This document shows, in pieces, positions 38,901 through 53,900 of a DNA stretch of 64,000 nt. The stretch lies in assembly GCA_053919585.1 (NCBI GenBank), contig CM132826.1. One strand, 5' to 3'. The position numbers and the translations under genes were made by a program. Positions within the stretch are counted from its first letter, which is position 1. Each line of letters opens with the position of its first letter. The stretch comes from Euprymna scolopes (lineage: Eukaryota). Below the pieces are notes generated by a model. The model ran no database searches, had not been told where the DNA came from, and saw only the letters and a list, made by a program, of their open reading frames with translations.

Positions 38901-41900
38901 ATATCCGAGAACATTGCTGAAATAACTAAACGAAAAAACAATAACCTTGAATGATTGGAAATTGGGCTTTCTGTATTTTTTTTTTAAAGAGAAAATATCC
39001 GAGAACATTGCTGAAATAACTAAACGAAAAAACAATAACCTTGAATGATTGGAAATTGGGCTTTCTGTATTTTTTTTTTAAAGAGAAAATATCCGAGAAC
39101 ATTGCTGAAATAACTAAACGAAAAAACAATAACCTTGAATGATTGGAAATTTGGCTTTCTGTATTTTTTTTAAAAGAGAAAATATCCGAGAACATTGCTG
39201 AAATAACTAAACGAAAAAACAATAACCTTGAATGATTGGAAATTGGTCTTTCTGTATTTTTTTTAAAAGAGAAAATATCCGAGAACATTGCTGAAATAAC
39301 TAAACGAAAAAACAATTACCTTGAATGATTGGAAACTGAGTTTTCTGTATTTTTTTTAAAGAGAAAATATCCAAGAACATTGCTGAAATAACTAAACGAA
39401 AAAACAATAACCTTGAATGATTGGAAATTTGGCTTTCTTTATTTTTTTTTTAAAAGAGAAAATATCCGAGAACATTGCTGAAATAACTAAACGAAAAAAC
39501 AATAACCTTGAATGATTGGAAATTGGGCTTTCTGTATTTTTTTTTTAAAGAGAAAATATCCGAGAACATTGCTGAAATAACTAAACGCAAAAACAATAAC
39601 CTTGAATGATTGGAAATTGAGCTTTCTGTATTTTTTTTTTAAAGAGAAAATATCCGAGAACATTGCTGAAATAACTAAACGAAAAAACAATAACCTTGAA
39701 TGATTGGAAATTGAGCTTTCTGTATTTTTTTTTTTAAAGAGAAAATATCCGAGAACATTGCTGAAATAACTAAACGAAAAAACAATAACCTTGAATGATT
39801 GGAAATTGGGCTTTCTGTATTTTTTTTTTAAAGAGAAAATATCCGAGAACATTGCTGAAATAACTAAACGAAAAAACAATAACCTTGAATGATTGGAAAT
39901 TGGGCTTTCTGTATTTTTTTTTTAAAGAGAAAATATCCGAGAACATTGCTGAAATAACTAAACGCAAAAACAATAACCTTGAATGATTGGAAATTGAGCT
40001 TTCTGTATTTTTTTTTAAAGAGAAAATATCCGAGAACATTGCTGAAATAACTAAACGAAAAAACAATAACCTTGAATGATTGGAAATTGGTCTTGCTGTA
40101 TTTTTTTTTAAAAGAGAAAATATCCGAGAACATTGCTGAAATAACTAAACGAAAAAACAATAACCTTGAATGATTGGAAATGGGGCTTTCTGTATTTTTT
40201 TTTTAAAGAGAAAATATCCGAGAACATTGCTGAAATAACTAAACGAAAAAACAATAACCTTGAATGATTGGAAATTGGTCTTTCTGTATTTTTTTTTTAA
40301 AGAGAAAATATCCGAGAACATTGCTGAAATAACTAAACGAAAAAACAATAACCTTGAATGATTGGAAATTGGGCTTTCTGTATTTTTTTTTTAAAAGAGA
40401 AAATATCCGAGAACATTGCTGAAATAACTAAACGAAAAAACAATAACCTTGAATGATTGGAAATTTGGCTTTCTGTATTTTTTTTAAAAGAGAAAATATC
40501 CGAGAACATTGCTGAAATAACTAAACGAAAAAACAATAACCTTGAATGATTGGAAATTTGGCTTTCTGTATTTTTTTTAAAAGAGAAAATATCCGAGAAC
40601 ATTGCTGAAATAACTAAACGAAAAAACAATAACCTTGAATGATTGGAAATTGAGCTTTCTGTATTTTTTTTTTAAAGAGAAAATATCCGAGAACATTGCT
40701 GAAATAACTAAACGAAAAAACAATAACCATGAATGATTGGAAATTGAGCTTTCTGTATTTTTTTTTTAAAGAGAAAATATCCGAGAACATTGCTGAAATA
40801 ACTAAACGAAAAAACAATAACCTTGAATGATTGGAAATTGGGCTTTCTGTATTTTTTTTTTAAAGAGAAAATATCCGAGAACATTGCTGAAATAACTAAA
40901 CGAAAAAACAATAACCTTGAATGATTGGAAATTGGGCTTTCTGTATTTTTTTTTAAAAGAGAAAATATCCGAGAACATTGCTGAAATAACTAAACGAAAA
41001 AACAATAACCTTGAATGATTGGAAATTTGGCTTTCAGTATTTTTTTTTTAAAGAGAAAATATCCGAGAACATTGCTGAAATAACTAAACGAAAAAACAAT
41101 AACCTTGAATGATTGGAAATTGGGCTTTCTGTATTTTTTTTTAAAGAGACAATATCCGAGAACATTGCTGAAATAACTAAACGAAAAAACAATAACCTTG
41201 AATGATTGGAAATTGGGCTTTCTGTATTTTTTTTTTAAAAGAGAAAATATCCGAGAACATTGCTGAAATAACTAAACGAAAAAACAATAACCTTGAATGA
41301 TTGGAAATTTGGCTTTCTGTATTTTTTTTTTAAAGAGAAAATATCCGAGAACATTGCTGAAATAACTAAACGAAAAAACAATAACCTTGAATGATTGGAA
41401 ATTGGGCTTTCTGTATTTTTTTTTAAAGAGAAAATATCCGAGAACATTGCTGAAATAACTAAACGAAAAAACAATAACCTTGAATGATTGGAAATTGGGC
41501 TCTCTGTATTTTTTTTTTAAAGAGAAAATATCCGAGAACATTGCTGAAATAACTAAACGAAAAAACAATAACCTTGAATGATTGGAAATTGGGCTTTCTG
41601 TATTTTTTTTTTAAAAGAGAAAATATCCGAGAACATTGCTGAAATAACTAAACGAAAAAACAATAACCTTGAATGATTGGAAATTTGGCTTTCTGTATTT
41701 TTTTTAAAAGAGAAAATATCCGAGAACATTGCTGAAATAACTAAACGAAAAAACAATAACCTTGAATGATTGGAAATTTGGCTTTCTGTATTTTTTTTAA
41801 AGAGAAAATATCCGAGAACATTGCTGAAATAACTAAACGAAAAAACAATAACCTTGAATGATTGGAAATTGGGCTTTCTGTATTTTTTTTTTAAAAGAGA

Positions 41901-44900
41901 AAATATCCGAGAACATTGCTGAAATAACTAAACGAAAAAACAATAACCTTGAATGATTGGAAATTTGGCTTTCTGTATTTTTTTTAAAAGAGAAAATATC
42001 CGAGAACATTGCTGAAATAACTAAACGAAAAAACAATAACCTTGAATGATTGGAAATTGGGCTTTCTGTATTTTTTTTAAAAGAGAAAATATCCGAGAAC
42101 ATTGCTGAAATAACTAAACGAAAAAACAATTACCTTGAATGATTGGAAATTGGTCTTTCTGTATTTTTTTTTTTAAAGAGAAAATATCCGAGAACATTGC
42201 TGAAATAACTAAACGAAAAAACAATAACCTTGAATGATTGGAAATTGGGCTTTCTGTATTTTTTTTTTAAAAGAGAAAATATCCGAGAACATTGCTGAAA
42301 TAACTAAACGAAAAAACAATAACCTTGAATGATTGGAAATTTGGCTTTCTGTATTTTTTTTAAAAGAGAAAATATCCGAGAACATTGCTGAAATAACTAA
42401 ACGAAAAAACAATAACCTTGATCGATTGGAAATTGGGCTTTCTGTATTTTTTTTAAAAGAGAAAATATCCGAGAACATTGCTGAAATAACTAAACGAAAA
42501 AACAATTATCTTGAATGATTGGAAATTGGTCTTTCTGTATTTTTTTTTTTAAAGAGAAAATATCCGAGAACATTGCTGAAATAACTAAACGAAAAAACAA
42601 TAACCTTGAATGATTGGAAATTGGGCTTTCTGTATTTTTTTTTTAAAAGAGAAAATATCCGAGAACATTGCTGAAATAACTAAACGAAAAAACAATAACC
42701 TTGAATGATTGGAAATTTGGCTTTCTGTATTGTTTTTAAAAGAGAAAATATCCGAGAACATTGCTGAAATAACTAAACGAAAAAACAATAACCTTGAATG
42801 ATTGGAAATTGAGCTTTCTGTATTTTTTTTTTTAAAGAGAAAATATCCGAGAACATTGCTGAAATAACTAAACGAAAAAACAATTACCTTGAATGATTGG
42901 AAATTGAATTTTCCGTATTTTTTTTAAAAGAGAAAATATCCGAGAACATTGCTGAAATAACTAAACGAAAAAAGAATTACCTTGAATGATTGGAAATTGA
43001 ATTTTCCGTATTTTTTTTTAAAGAGAAAATATCCGAGAACATTGCTGAAATAACTAAACGAAAAAACAATAACCTTGAATGATTGGAAATTGGGCTTTCT
43101 GTATTTTTTTTTTTAAAGAGAAAATATCCGAGAACATTGCTGAAATAACTAAACGAAAAAACAATAACCTTGAATGATTGGAAATTGGGCTTTCTGTATT
43201 TTTTTTTTTAAAGAGAAAATATCCGAGAACATTGCTGAAATAACTAAACGAAAAAACAATAACCTTGAATGATTGGAAATTGAGCTTTCTGTATTTTTTT
43301 TTTTAAAGAGAAAATATCCGAGAACATTGCTGAAATAACTAAACGAAAAAACAATAACCTTGAATGATTGGAAATTGGGCTTTCTGTATTTTTTTTTTTA
43401 AAGAGAAAATATCCGAGAACATTGCTGAAATAACTAAACGAAAAAACAATAACCTTGAATGATTGGAAATTGGGCTTTCTGTATTTTTTTTTTTAAAGAG
43501 AAAATATCCGAGAACATTGCTGAAATAACTAAACGAAAAAACAATAACCTTGAATGATTGGAAATTGAGCTTTCTGTATTTTTTTTTTTAAAGAGAAAAT
43601 ATCCGAGAACATTGCTGAAATAACTAAACGAAAAAACAATTACCTTGAATGATTGGAAATTGAATTTTCCGTATTTTTTTTTAAAGAGAAAATATCCGAG
43701 AACATTGCTGAAATAACTAAACGAAAAAACAATAACCTTGAATGATTGGAAATTGAGCTTTCTGTATTTTTTTTTTAAAGAGAAAATATCCGAGAACATT
43801 GCTGAAATAACTAAACGAAAAAACAATAACCTTGAATGATTGGAAATTGAGCTTTCTGTATTTTTTTTTTAAAGAGAAAATATCCGAGAACATTGCTGAA
43901 ATAACTAAACGAAAAAACAATAACCTTGAATGATTGGAAATTGAGCTTTCTGTATTTTTTTTTTAAAGAGAAAATATCCGAGAACATTGCTTAAATAACT
44001 AAACGAAAAAACAATAACCTTGAATGATTGGAAATTGGGCTTTCTGTATTTTTTTTTTAAAGAGAAAATATCCGAGAACATTGCTGAAATAACTAAACGA
44101 AAAAACAATTACCTTGAATGATTGGAAATTGAATTTTCCGTATTTTTTTTAAAAGAGATAATATCCGAGAACATTGCTGAAATAACTAAACGAAAAAACA
44201 ATTACCTTGAATGATTGGAAATTGAATTTTCCGTATTTTTTTTTAAAGAGAAAATATCCGAGAACATTGCTGAAATAACTAAACGAAAAAACAATAACCT
44301 TGAATGATTGGAAATTGGGCTTTCTGTATTTTTTTTTTTAAAGAGAAAATATCCGAGAACATTGCTGAAATAACTAAACGAAAAAACAATAACCTTGAAT
44401 GATTGGAAATTGGGCTTTCTGTATTTTTTTTTTTAAAGAGAAAATATCCGAGAACATTGCTGAAATAACTAAACGAAAAAACAATAACCTTGAATGATTG
44501 GAAATTGAGCTTTCTGTATTTTTTTTTTTAAAGAGAAAATATCCGAGAACATTGCTGAAATAACTAAACGAAAAAACAATAACCTTGAATGATTGGAAAT
44601 TGGGCTTTCTGTATTTTTTTTTTAAAGAGAAAATATCCGAGAACATTGCTTAAATAACTAAACGAAAAAACAATAACCTTGAATGATTGGAAATTGGGCT
44701 TTCTGTATTTTTTTTTTTAAAGAGAAAATATCCGAGAACATTGCTGAAATAACTAAACGAAAAAACAATTACCTTGAATGATTGGAAATTGAATTTTCCG
44801 TATTTTTTTTTAAAGAGAAAATATCCGAGAACATTGCTGAAATAACTAAACGAAAAAACAATAACCTTGAATGATTGGAAATTGAGCTTTCTGTATTTTT

Positions 44901-47900
44901 TTTTTAAAGAGAAAATATCCGAGAACATTGCTGAAATAACTAAACGAAAAAACAATAACCTTGAATGATTGGAAATTGAGCTTTCTGTATTTTTTTTTAA
45001 AGAGAAAATATCCGAGAACATTGCTGAAATAACTAAACGAAAAAACAATAACCTTGAATGATTGGAAATTGAGCTTTCTGTATTTTTTTTTTAAAGAGAA
45101 AATATCCGAGAACATTGCTGAAATAACTAAACGAAAAAACAATAACCTTGAATGATTGGAAATTGGGCTTTCTGTATTTTTTTTTAAAGAGAAAATATCC
45201 GAGAACATTGCTGAAATAACTAAACGAAAAAACAATAACCTTGAATGATTGGAAATTGAGCTTTCTGTATTTTTTTTTTAAAGAGAAAATATCCGAGAAC
45301 ATTGCTGAAATAACTAAACGAAAAAACAATAACCCAGAATGATTGGAAATTGGGCTTTCTGTATTTTTTTTTTAAAAGAGAAAATATCCGAGAACATTGC
45401 TGAAATAACTAAACGAAAAAACAATAACCTTGAATGATTGGAAATTGAGCTTTCTGTATTTTTTTTTTAAAGAGAAAATATCCGAGAACATTGCTGAAAT
45501 AACTAAACGAAAAAACAATAACCATGAATGATTGGAAATTGAGCTTTCTGTATTTTTTTTTTAAAGAGAAAATATCCGAGAACATTGCTGAAATAACTAA
45601 ACGAAAAAACAATAACCTTGAATGATTGGAAATTGAGCTTTCTGTATTTTTTTAAAAGAGAAAATATCCGAGAACATTGCTGAAATAACTAAACGAAAAA
45701 ACAATAACCTTGAATGATTGGAAATTGAGCTTTCTGTATTTTTTTAAAAGAGAAAATATCCGAGAACATTGCTGAAATAACTAAACGAAAAAACAATAAC
45801 CTTGAATGATTGGAAATTGAGCTTTTTGTATTTTTTTTTAAAGAGAAAATATCCGAGAACATTGCTGAAATAACTAAACGAAAAAACAATAACCTTGAAT
45901 GATTGGAAATTTGGCTTTCTGTATTTTTTTTTAAAAGAGAAAATATCCGAGAACATTGCTGAAATAACTAAACGAAAAAACAATAACCTTGAATGATTGG
46001 AAATTTGGCTTTCTGTATTTTTTTTTAAAGAGAAAATATCCGAGAACATTGCTGAAATAACTAAACGAAAAAACAATAACCTTGAATGATTGGAAATTGG
46101 GCTTTCTGTATTTTTTTTTTAAAGAGAAAATATCCGAGAACATTGCTGAAATAACTAAACGAAAAAACAATAACCTTGAATGATTGGAAATTGGGCTTTC
46201 TGTATTTTTTTTTTAAAGAGAAAATATCCGAGAACATTGCTGAAATAACTAAACGAAAAAACAATAACCTTGAATGATTGGAAATTTGGCTTTCTGTATT
46301 TTTTTTTAAAGAGAAAATATCCGAGAACATTGCTGAAATAACTAAACGAAAAAACAATAACCGTGAATGATTGGAAATTGGGCTTTCTGTATTTTTTTTT
46401 TAAAGAGAAAATATCCGAGAACATTGCTGAAATAACTAAACGAAAAAACAATAACCTTGAATGATTGGAAATTTGGCTTTCTGTATTTTTTTTAAAAGAG
46501 AAAATATCCGAGAACATTGCTGAAATAACTAAACGAAAAAACAATAACCTTGAATGATTGGAAATTGGTCTTTCTGTATTTTTTTTAAAAGAGAAAATAT
46601 CCGAGAACATTGCTGAAATAACTAAACGAAAAAACAATAACCTTGAATGATTGGAAATTGGGCTTTCTGTATTTTTTTTTTAAAGAGAAAATATCCGAGA
46701 ACATTGCTGAAATAACTAAACGAAAAAACAATAACCTTGAATGATTGGAAATTGGGCTTTCTGTATTTTTTTTAAAAGAGAAAATATCCGAGAACATTGC
46801 TGAAATAACTAAACGAAAAAACAATAACCTTGAATGATTGGAAATTGGGCTTTCTGTATTTTTTTTTTAAAGAGAAAATATCCGAGAACATTGCTGAAAT
46901 AACTAAACGAAAAAACAATAACCTTGAATGATTGGAAATTGGGCTTTCTGTATTTTCTTTAAAAGAGAAAATATCCGAGAACATTGCTGAAATAACTAAA
47001 CGAAAAAACAATAACCTTGAATGATTGGAAATTGGGCTTTCTGTATTTTTTTTTTAAAGAGAAAATATCCGAGAACATTGCTGAAATAACTAAACGAAAA
47101 AACAATAACCTTGAATGATTGGAAATTGGGCTTTCTGTATTTTTTTTTTAAAGAGAAAATATCCGAGAACATTGCTGAAATAACTAAACGAAAAAACAAT
47201 AACCTTGAATGATTGGAAATTGAGCTTTCTGTATTTTTTTTTTAAAGAGAAAATATCCGAGAACATTGCTGAAATAACTAAACGAAAAAACAATAAGCTT
47301 GAATGATTGGAAATTGGGCTTTCTGTATTTTTTTTTAAAGAGAAAATATCCGAGAACATTGCTGAAATAACTAAACGAAAAAACAATAACCATGAATGAT
47401 TGGAAATTGAGCTTTCTGTATTTTTTTTTTAAAGAGAAAATATCCGAGAACATTGCTGAAATAACTAAACGAAAAAACAATAACCTTGAATGATTGGAAA
47501 TTGAGCTTTCTGTATTTTTTTAAAAGAGAAAATATCCGAGAACATTGCTGAAATAACTAAACGAAAAAACAATAACCTTGAATGATTGGAAATTGAGCTT
47601 TCTGTATTTTTTTAAAAGAGAAAATATCCGAGAACATTGCTGAAATAACTAAACGAAAAAACAATAACCTTGAATGATTGGAAATTGAGCTTTTTGTATT
47701 TTTTTTTAAAGAGAAAATATCCGAGAACATTGCTGAAATAACTAAACGAAAAAACAATAACCTTGAATGATTGGAAATTTGGCTTTCTGTATTTTTTTTT
47801 AAAAGAGAAAATATCCGAGAACATTGCTGAAATAACTAAACGAAAAAACAATAACCTTGAATGATTGGAAATTTGGCTTTCTGTATTTTTTTTAAAAGAG

Positions 47901-50900
47901 AAAATATCCGAGAACATTGCTGAAATAACTAAACGAAAAAACAATAACCTTGAATGATTGGAAATTGGGCTTTCTGTATTATTTTTTTAAAGAGAAAATA
48001 TCCGAGAACATTGCTGAAATAACTAAACGAAAAAACAATAACCTTGAATGATTGGAAATTGGGCTTTCTGTATTTTTTTTTTAAAGAGAAAATATCCGAG
48101 AACATTGCTGAAATAACTAAACGAAAAAACAATAACCTTGAACGATTGGAAATTTGGCTTTCTGTATTTTTTTTAAAAGAGAAAATATCCGAGAACATTG
48201 CTGAAATAACTAAACGAAAAAACAATAACCTTGAATGATTGGAAATTGGTCTTTCTGTATTTTTTTTAAAAGAGAAAATATCCGAGAACATTGCTGAAAT
48301 AACTAAACGAAAAAACAATAACCTTGAATGATTGGAAATTGGGCTTTCTGTATTTTTTTTAAAAGAGAAAATATCCGAGAACATTGCTGAAATAACTAAA
48401 CGAAAAAACAATTACCTTGAATGATTGGAAACTGAGTTTTCTGTATTTTTTTTAAAGAGAAAATATCCAAGAACATTGCTGAAATAACTGAACGAAAAAA
48501 CAATAACCTTGAATGATTGGAAATTGGGCTTTCTGTATTTTTTTTTTAAAAGAGAAAATATCCGAGAACATTGCTGAAATAACTAAACGAAAAAACAATA
48601 ACCTTGAATGATTGAAAATTGGGCTTTCTGTATTTTTTTTTTAAAGAGAAAATATCCGAGAACATTGCTGAAATAACTAAACGCAAAAACAATAACCTTG
48701 AATGATTGGAAATTGAGCTTTCTGTATTTTTTTTTTAAAGAGAAAATATCCGAGAACATTGCTGAAATAACTAAACGAAAAAACAATAACCTTGAATGAT
48801 TGGAAATTGAGCTTTCTGTATTTTTTTTTTTAAAGAGAAAATATCCGAGAACATTGCTGAAATAACTAAACGAAAAAACAATAACCTTGAATGATTGGAA
48901 ATTGGGCTTTCTGTATTTTTTTTTTAAAGAGAAAATATCCGAGAACATTGCTGAAATAACTAAACGAAAAAACAATAACCTTGAATGATTGGAAATTGGG
49001 CTTTCTGTATTTTTTTTTTAAAGAGAAAATATCCGAGAACATTGCTGAAATAACTAAACGCAAAAACAATAACCTTGAATGATTGGAAATTGAGCTTTCT
49101 GTATTTTTTTTTTAAAGAGAAAATATCCGAGAACATTGCTGAAATAACTAAACGAAAAAACAATAACCTTGAATGATTGGAAATTGGTCTTTCTGTATTT
49201 TTTTTTAAAAGAGAAAATATCCGAGAACATTGCTGAAATAACTAAACGAAAAAACAATAACCTTGAATGATTGGAAATGGGGCTTTCTGTATTTTTTTTT
49301 TAAAGAGAAAATATCCGAGAACATTGCTGAAATAACTAAACGAAAAAACAATAACCTTGAATGATTGGAAATTGGGCTTTCTGTATTTTTTTTTAAAGAG
49401 AAAATATCCGAGAACATTGCTGAAATAACTAAACGAAAAAACAATAACCTTGAATGATTGGAAATTGGGCTTTCTGTATTTTTTTTAAAAGAGAAAATAT
49501 CCGAGAACATTGCTGAAATAACTAAACGAAAAAACAATAACCTTGAATGATTGGAAATTGGGCTTTCTGTATTTTTTTTTAAAGAGAAAATATCCGAGAA
49601 CATTGCTGAAATAACTAAACGAAAAAACAATAACCTTGAATGATTGGAAATTGGGCTTTCTGTATTTTTTTTTTAAAAGAGAAAATATCCGAGAACATTG
49701 CTGAAATAACTAAACGAAAAAACAATAACCTTGAATGATTGGAAATTTGGCTTTCTGTATTTTTTTTAAAAGAGAAAATATCCGAGAACATTGCTGAAAT
49801 AACTAAACGAAAAAACAATAACCTTGAATGATTGGAAATTGGGCTTTCTGTATTTTTTTTTAAAGAGAAAATATCCGAGAACATTGCTGAAATAACTAAA
49901 CGAAAAAACAATAACCTTGAATGATTGGAAATTGGGCTTTCTGTATTTTTTTTTAAAGAGAAAATATCCGAGAACATTGCTGAAATAACTAAACGAAAAA
50001 ACAATAACCTTGAATGATTGGAAATTGGGCTTTCTGTATTTTTTTTAAAAGAGAAAATATCCGAGAACATTGCTGAAATAACTAAACGAAAAAACAATAA
50101 CCTTGAATGATTGGAAATTGGGCTTTCTGTATTTTTTTTTTAAAGAGAAAATATCCGAGAACATTGCTGAAATAACTAAACGAAAAAACAATAACCTTGA
50201 ATGATTGGAAATTTGGCTTTCTGTATTTTTTTTTTAAAAGAGAAAATATCCGAGAACATTGCTGAAATAACTAAACGAAAAAACAATAACCTTGAATGAT
50301 TGGAAATTTGGCTTTCTGTATTTTTTTTAAAAGAGAAAATATCCGAGAACATTGCTGAAATAACTAAACGAAAAAACAATAACCTTGAATGATTGGAAAT
50401 TGGGCTTTCTGTATTTTTTTTAAAAGAGAAAATATCCGAGAACATTGCTGAAATAACTAAACAAAAAAACAATAACCTTGAATGATTGGAAATTGGGCTT
50501 TCTGTATTTTTTTTTAAAGAGAAAATATCCGAGAACATTGCTGAAATAACTAAACGAAAAAACAATAACCTTGAATGATTGGAAATTGGGCTTTCTGTAT
50601 TTCTTTTTAAAGAGAAAATATCCGAGAACATTGCTGAAATAACTAAACGAAAAAACAATAACCTTGAATGATTGGAAATTGGTCTTTCTGTATTTTTTTT
50701 TTAAAGAGAAAATATCCGAGAACATTGCTGAAATAACTAAACGAAAAAACAATAACCTTGAATGATTGGAAATTGGGCTTTCTGTATTTTTTTTTTAAAA
50801 GAGAAAATATCCGAGAACATTGCTGAAATAACTAAACGAAAAAACAATAACCTTGAATGATTGGAAATTTGGCTTTCTGTATTTTTTTTAAAAGAGAAAA

Positions 50901-53900
50901 TATCCGAGAACATTGCTGAAATAACTAAACGAAAAAACAATAACCTTGAATGATTGGAAATTTGGCTTTCTGTATTTTTTTTAAAAGAGAAAATATCCGA
51001 GAACATTGCTGAAATAACTAAACGAAAAAACAATAACCTTGAATGATTGGAAATTTGGCTTTCTGTATTTTTTTTAAAGAGAAAATATCCGAGAACATTG
51101 CTGAAATAACTAAACGAAAAAACAATAACCTTGAATGATTGGAAATTGGGCTTTCTGTATTTTTTTTAAAAGAGAAAATATCCGAGAACATTGCTGAAAT
51201 AACTAAACGAAAAAACAATAACCTTGAATGATTGGAAATTGGGCTTTCTGTATTTTTTTTAAAAGAGAAAATATCCGAGAACATTGCTGAAATAACTAAA
51301 CGAAAAAACAATAACCTTGAATGATTGGAAATTGGGCTTTCTGTATTTTTTTTAAAAGAGAAAATATCCGAGAACATTGCTGAAATAACTAAACGAAAAA
51401 ACAATAACCTTGAATGATTGGAAATTGGGCTTTCTGTATTTTTTTTTTAAAGAGAAAATATCCGAGAACATTGCTGAAATAACTAAACGAAAAAACAATA
51501 ACCTTGAATGATTGGAAATTTGGCTTTCTGTATTTTTTTTTTAAAAGAGAAAATATCCGAGAACATTGCTGAAATAACTAAACGAAAAAACAATAACCTT
51601 GAATGATTGGAAATTTGGCTTTCTGTATTTTTTTTAAAAGAGAAAATATCCGAGAACATTGCTGAAATAACTAAACGAAAAAACAATAACCTTGAATGAT
51701 TGGAAATTGGGCTTTCTGTATTTTTTTTAAAAGAGAAAATATCCGAGAACATTGCTGAAATAACTAAACAAAAAAACAATAACCTTGAATGATTGGAAAT
51801 TGGGCTTTCTGTATTTTTTTTTAAAGAGAAAATATCCGAGAACATTGCTGAAATAACTAAACGAAAAAACAATAACCTTGAATGATTGGAAATTGGGCTT
51901 TCTGTATTTCTTTTTAAAGAGAAAATATCCGAGAACATTGCTGAAATAACTAAACGAAAAAACAATAACCTTGAATGATTGGAAATTGGTCTTTCTGTAT
52001 TTTTTTTTTAAAGAGAAAATATCCGAGAACATTGCTGAAATAACTAAACGAAAAAACAATAACCTTGAATGATTGGAAATTGGGCTTTCTGTATTTTTTT
52101 TTTAAAAGAGAAAATATCCGAGAACATTGCTGAAATAACTAAACGAAAAAACAATAACCTTGAATGATTGGAAATTTGGCTTTCTGTATTTTTTTTAAAA
52201 GAGAAAATATCCGAGAACATTGCTGAAATAACTAAACGAAAAAACAATAACCTTGAATGATTGGAAATTTGGCTTTCTGTATTTTTTTTAAAAGAGAAAA
52301 TATCCGAGAACATTGCTGAAATAACTAAACGAAAAAACAATAACCTTGAATGATTGGAAATTTGGCTTTCTGTATTTTTTTTAAAGAGAAAATATCCGAG
52401 AACATTGCTGAAATAACTAAACGAAAAAACAATAACCTTGAATGATTGGAAATTGGGCTTTCTGTATTTTTTTTAAAAGAGAAAATATCCGAGAACATTG
52501 CTGAAATAACTAAACGAAAAAACAATAACCTTGAATGATTGGAAATTGGGCTTTCTGTATTTTTTTTAAAAGAGAAAATATCCGAGAACATTGCTGAAAT
52601 AACTAAACGAAAAAACAATAACCTTGAATGATTGGAAATTGGGCTTTCTGTATTTTTTTTTTAAAAGAGAAAATATCCGAGAACATTGCTGAAATAACTA
52701 AACGAAAAAACAATAACCTTGAATGATTGGAAATTTGGCTTTCTGTATTTTTTTTAAAAGAGAAAATATCCGAGAACATTGCTGAAATAACTAAACGAAA
52801 AAACAATAACCTTGAATGATTGGAAATTGGGCTTTCTGTATTTTTTTTAAAAGAGAAAATATCCGAGAACATTGCTGAAATAACTAAACGAAAAAACAAT
52901 TACCTTGAATGATTGGAAATTGGTCTTTCTGTATTTTTTTTTTAAAGAGAAAATATCCGAGAACATTGCTGAAATAACTAAACGAAAAAACAATAACCTT
53001 GAATGATTGGAAATTGAGCTTTCTGTATTTTTTTTTTTAAAAAGAAAATATCCGAGAACATTGCTGAAATAACTAAACGAAAAAACAATTACCTTGAATG
53101 ATTGGAAATTGGTCTTTCTGTATTTTTTTTTTTAAAGAGAAAATATCCGAGAACATTGCTGAAATAACTAAACGAAAAAACAATAACCTTGAATGATTGG
53201 AAATTGGGCTTTCTGTATTTTTTTTTTAAAAGAGAAAATATCCGAGAACATTGCTGAAATAACTAAACGAAAAAACAATAACCTTGAATGATTGGAAATT
53301 GGGCTTTCTGTATTTTTTTTTAAAGAGAAAATATCCGAGAACATTGCTGAAATAACTAAACGAAAAAACAATAACCTTGAATGATTGGAAATTTGGCTTT
53401 CTGTATTTTTTTTTTTAAAGAGAAAATATCCGAGAACATTGCTGAAATAACTAAACGAAAAAACAATTACCTTGAATGATTGGAAATTGAATTTTCCGTA
53501 TTTTTTTTTAAAGAGAAAATATCCGAGAACATTGCTTAAATAACTAAACGAAAAAACAATAACCTTGAATGATTGGAAATTTGGCTTTCTGTATTTTTTT
53601 TAAAAGAGAAAATATCCGAGAACATTGCTGAAATAACTAAACGAAAAAACAATAACCTTGAATGATTGGAAATTGAGCTTTCTGTATTTTTTTTAAAAGA
53701 GAAAATATCCGAGAACATTGCTGAAATAACTAAACGAAAAAACAATAACCTTGAATGATTGGAAATTGGGCTTTCTGTATTTTTTTTAAAAGAGAAAATA
53801 TCCGAGAACATTGCTGAAATAACTAAACGAAAAAACAATTACCTTGAATGATTGGAAATTGGTCTTTCTGTATTTTTTTTTTTAAAGAGAAAATATCCGA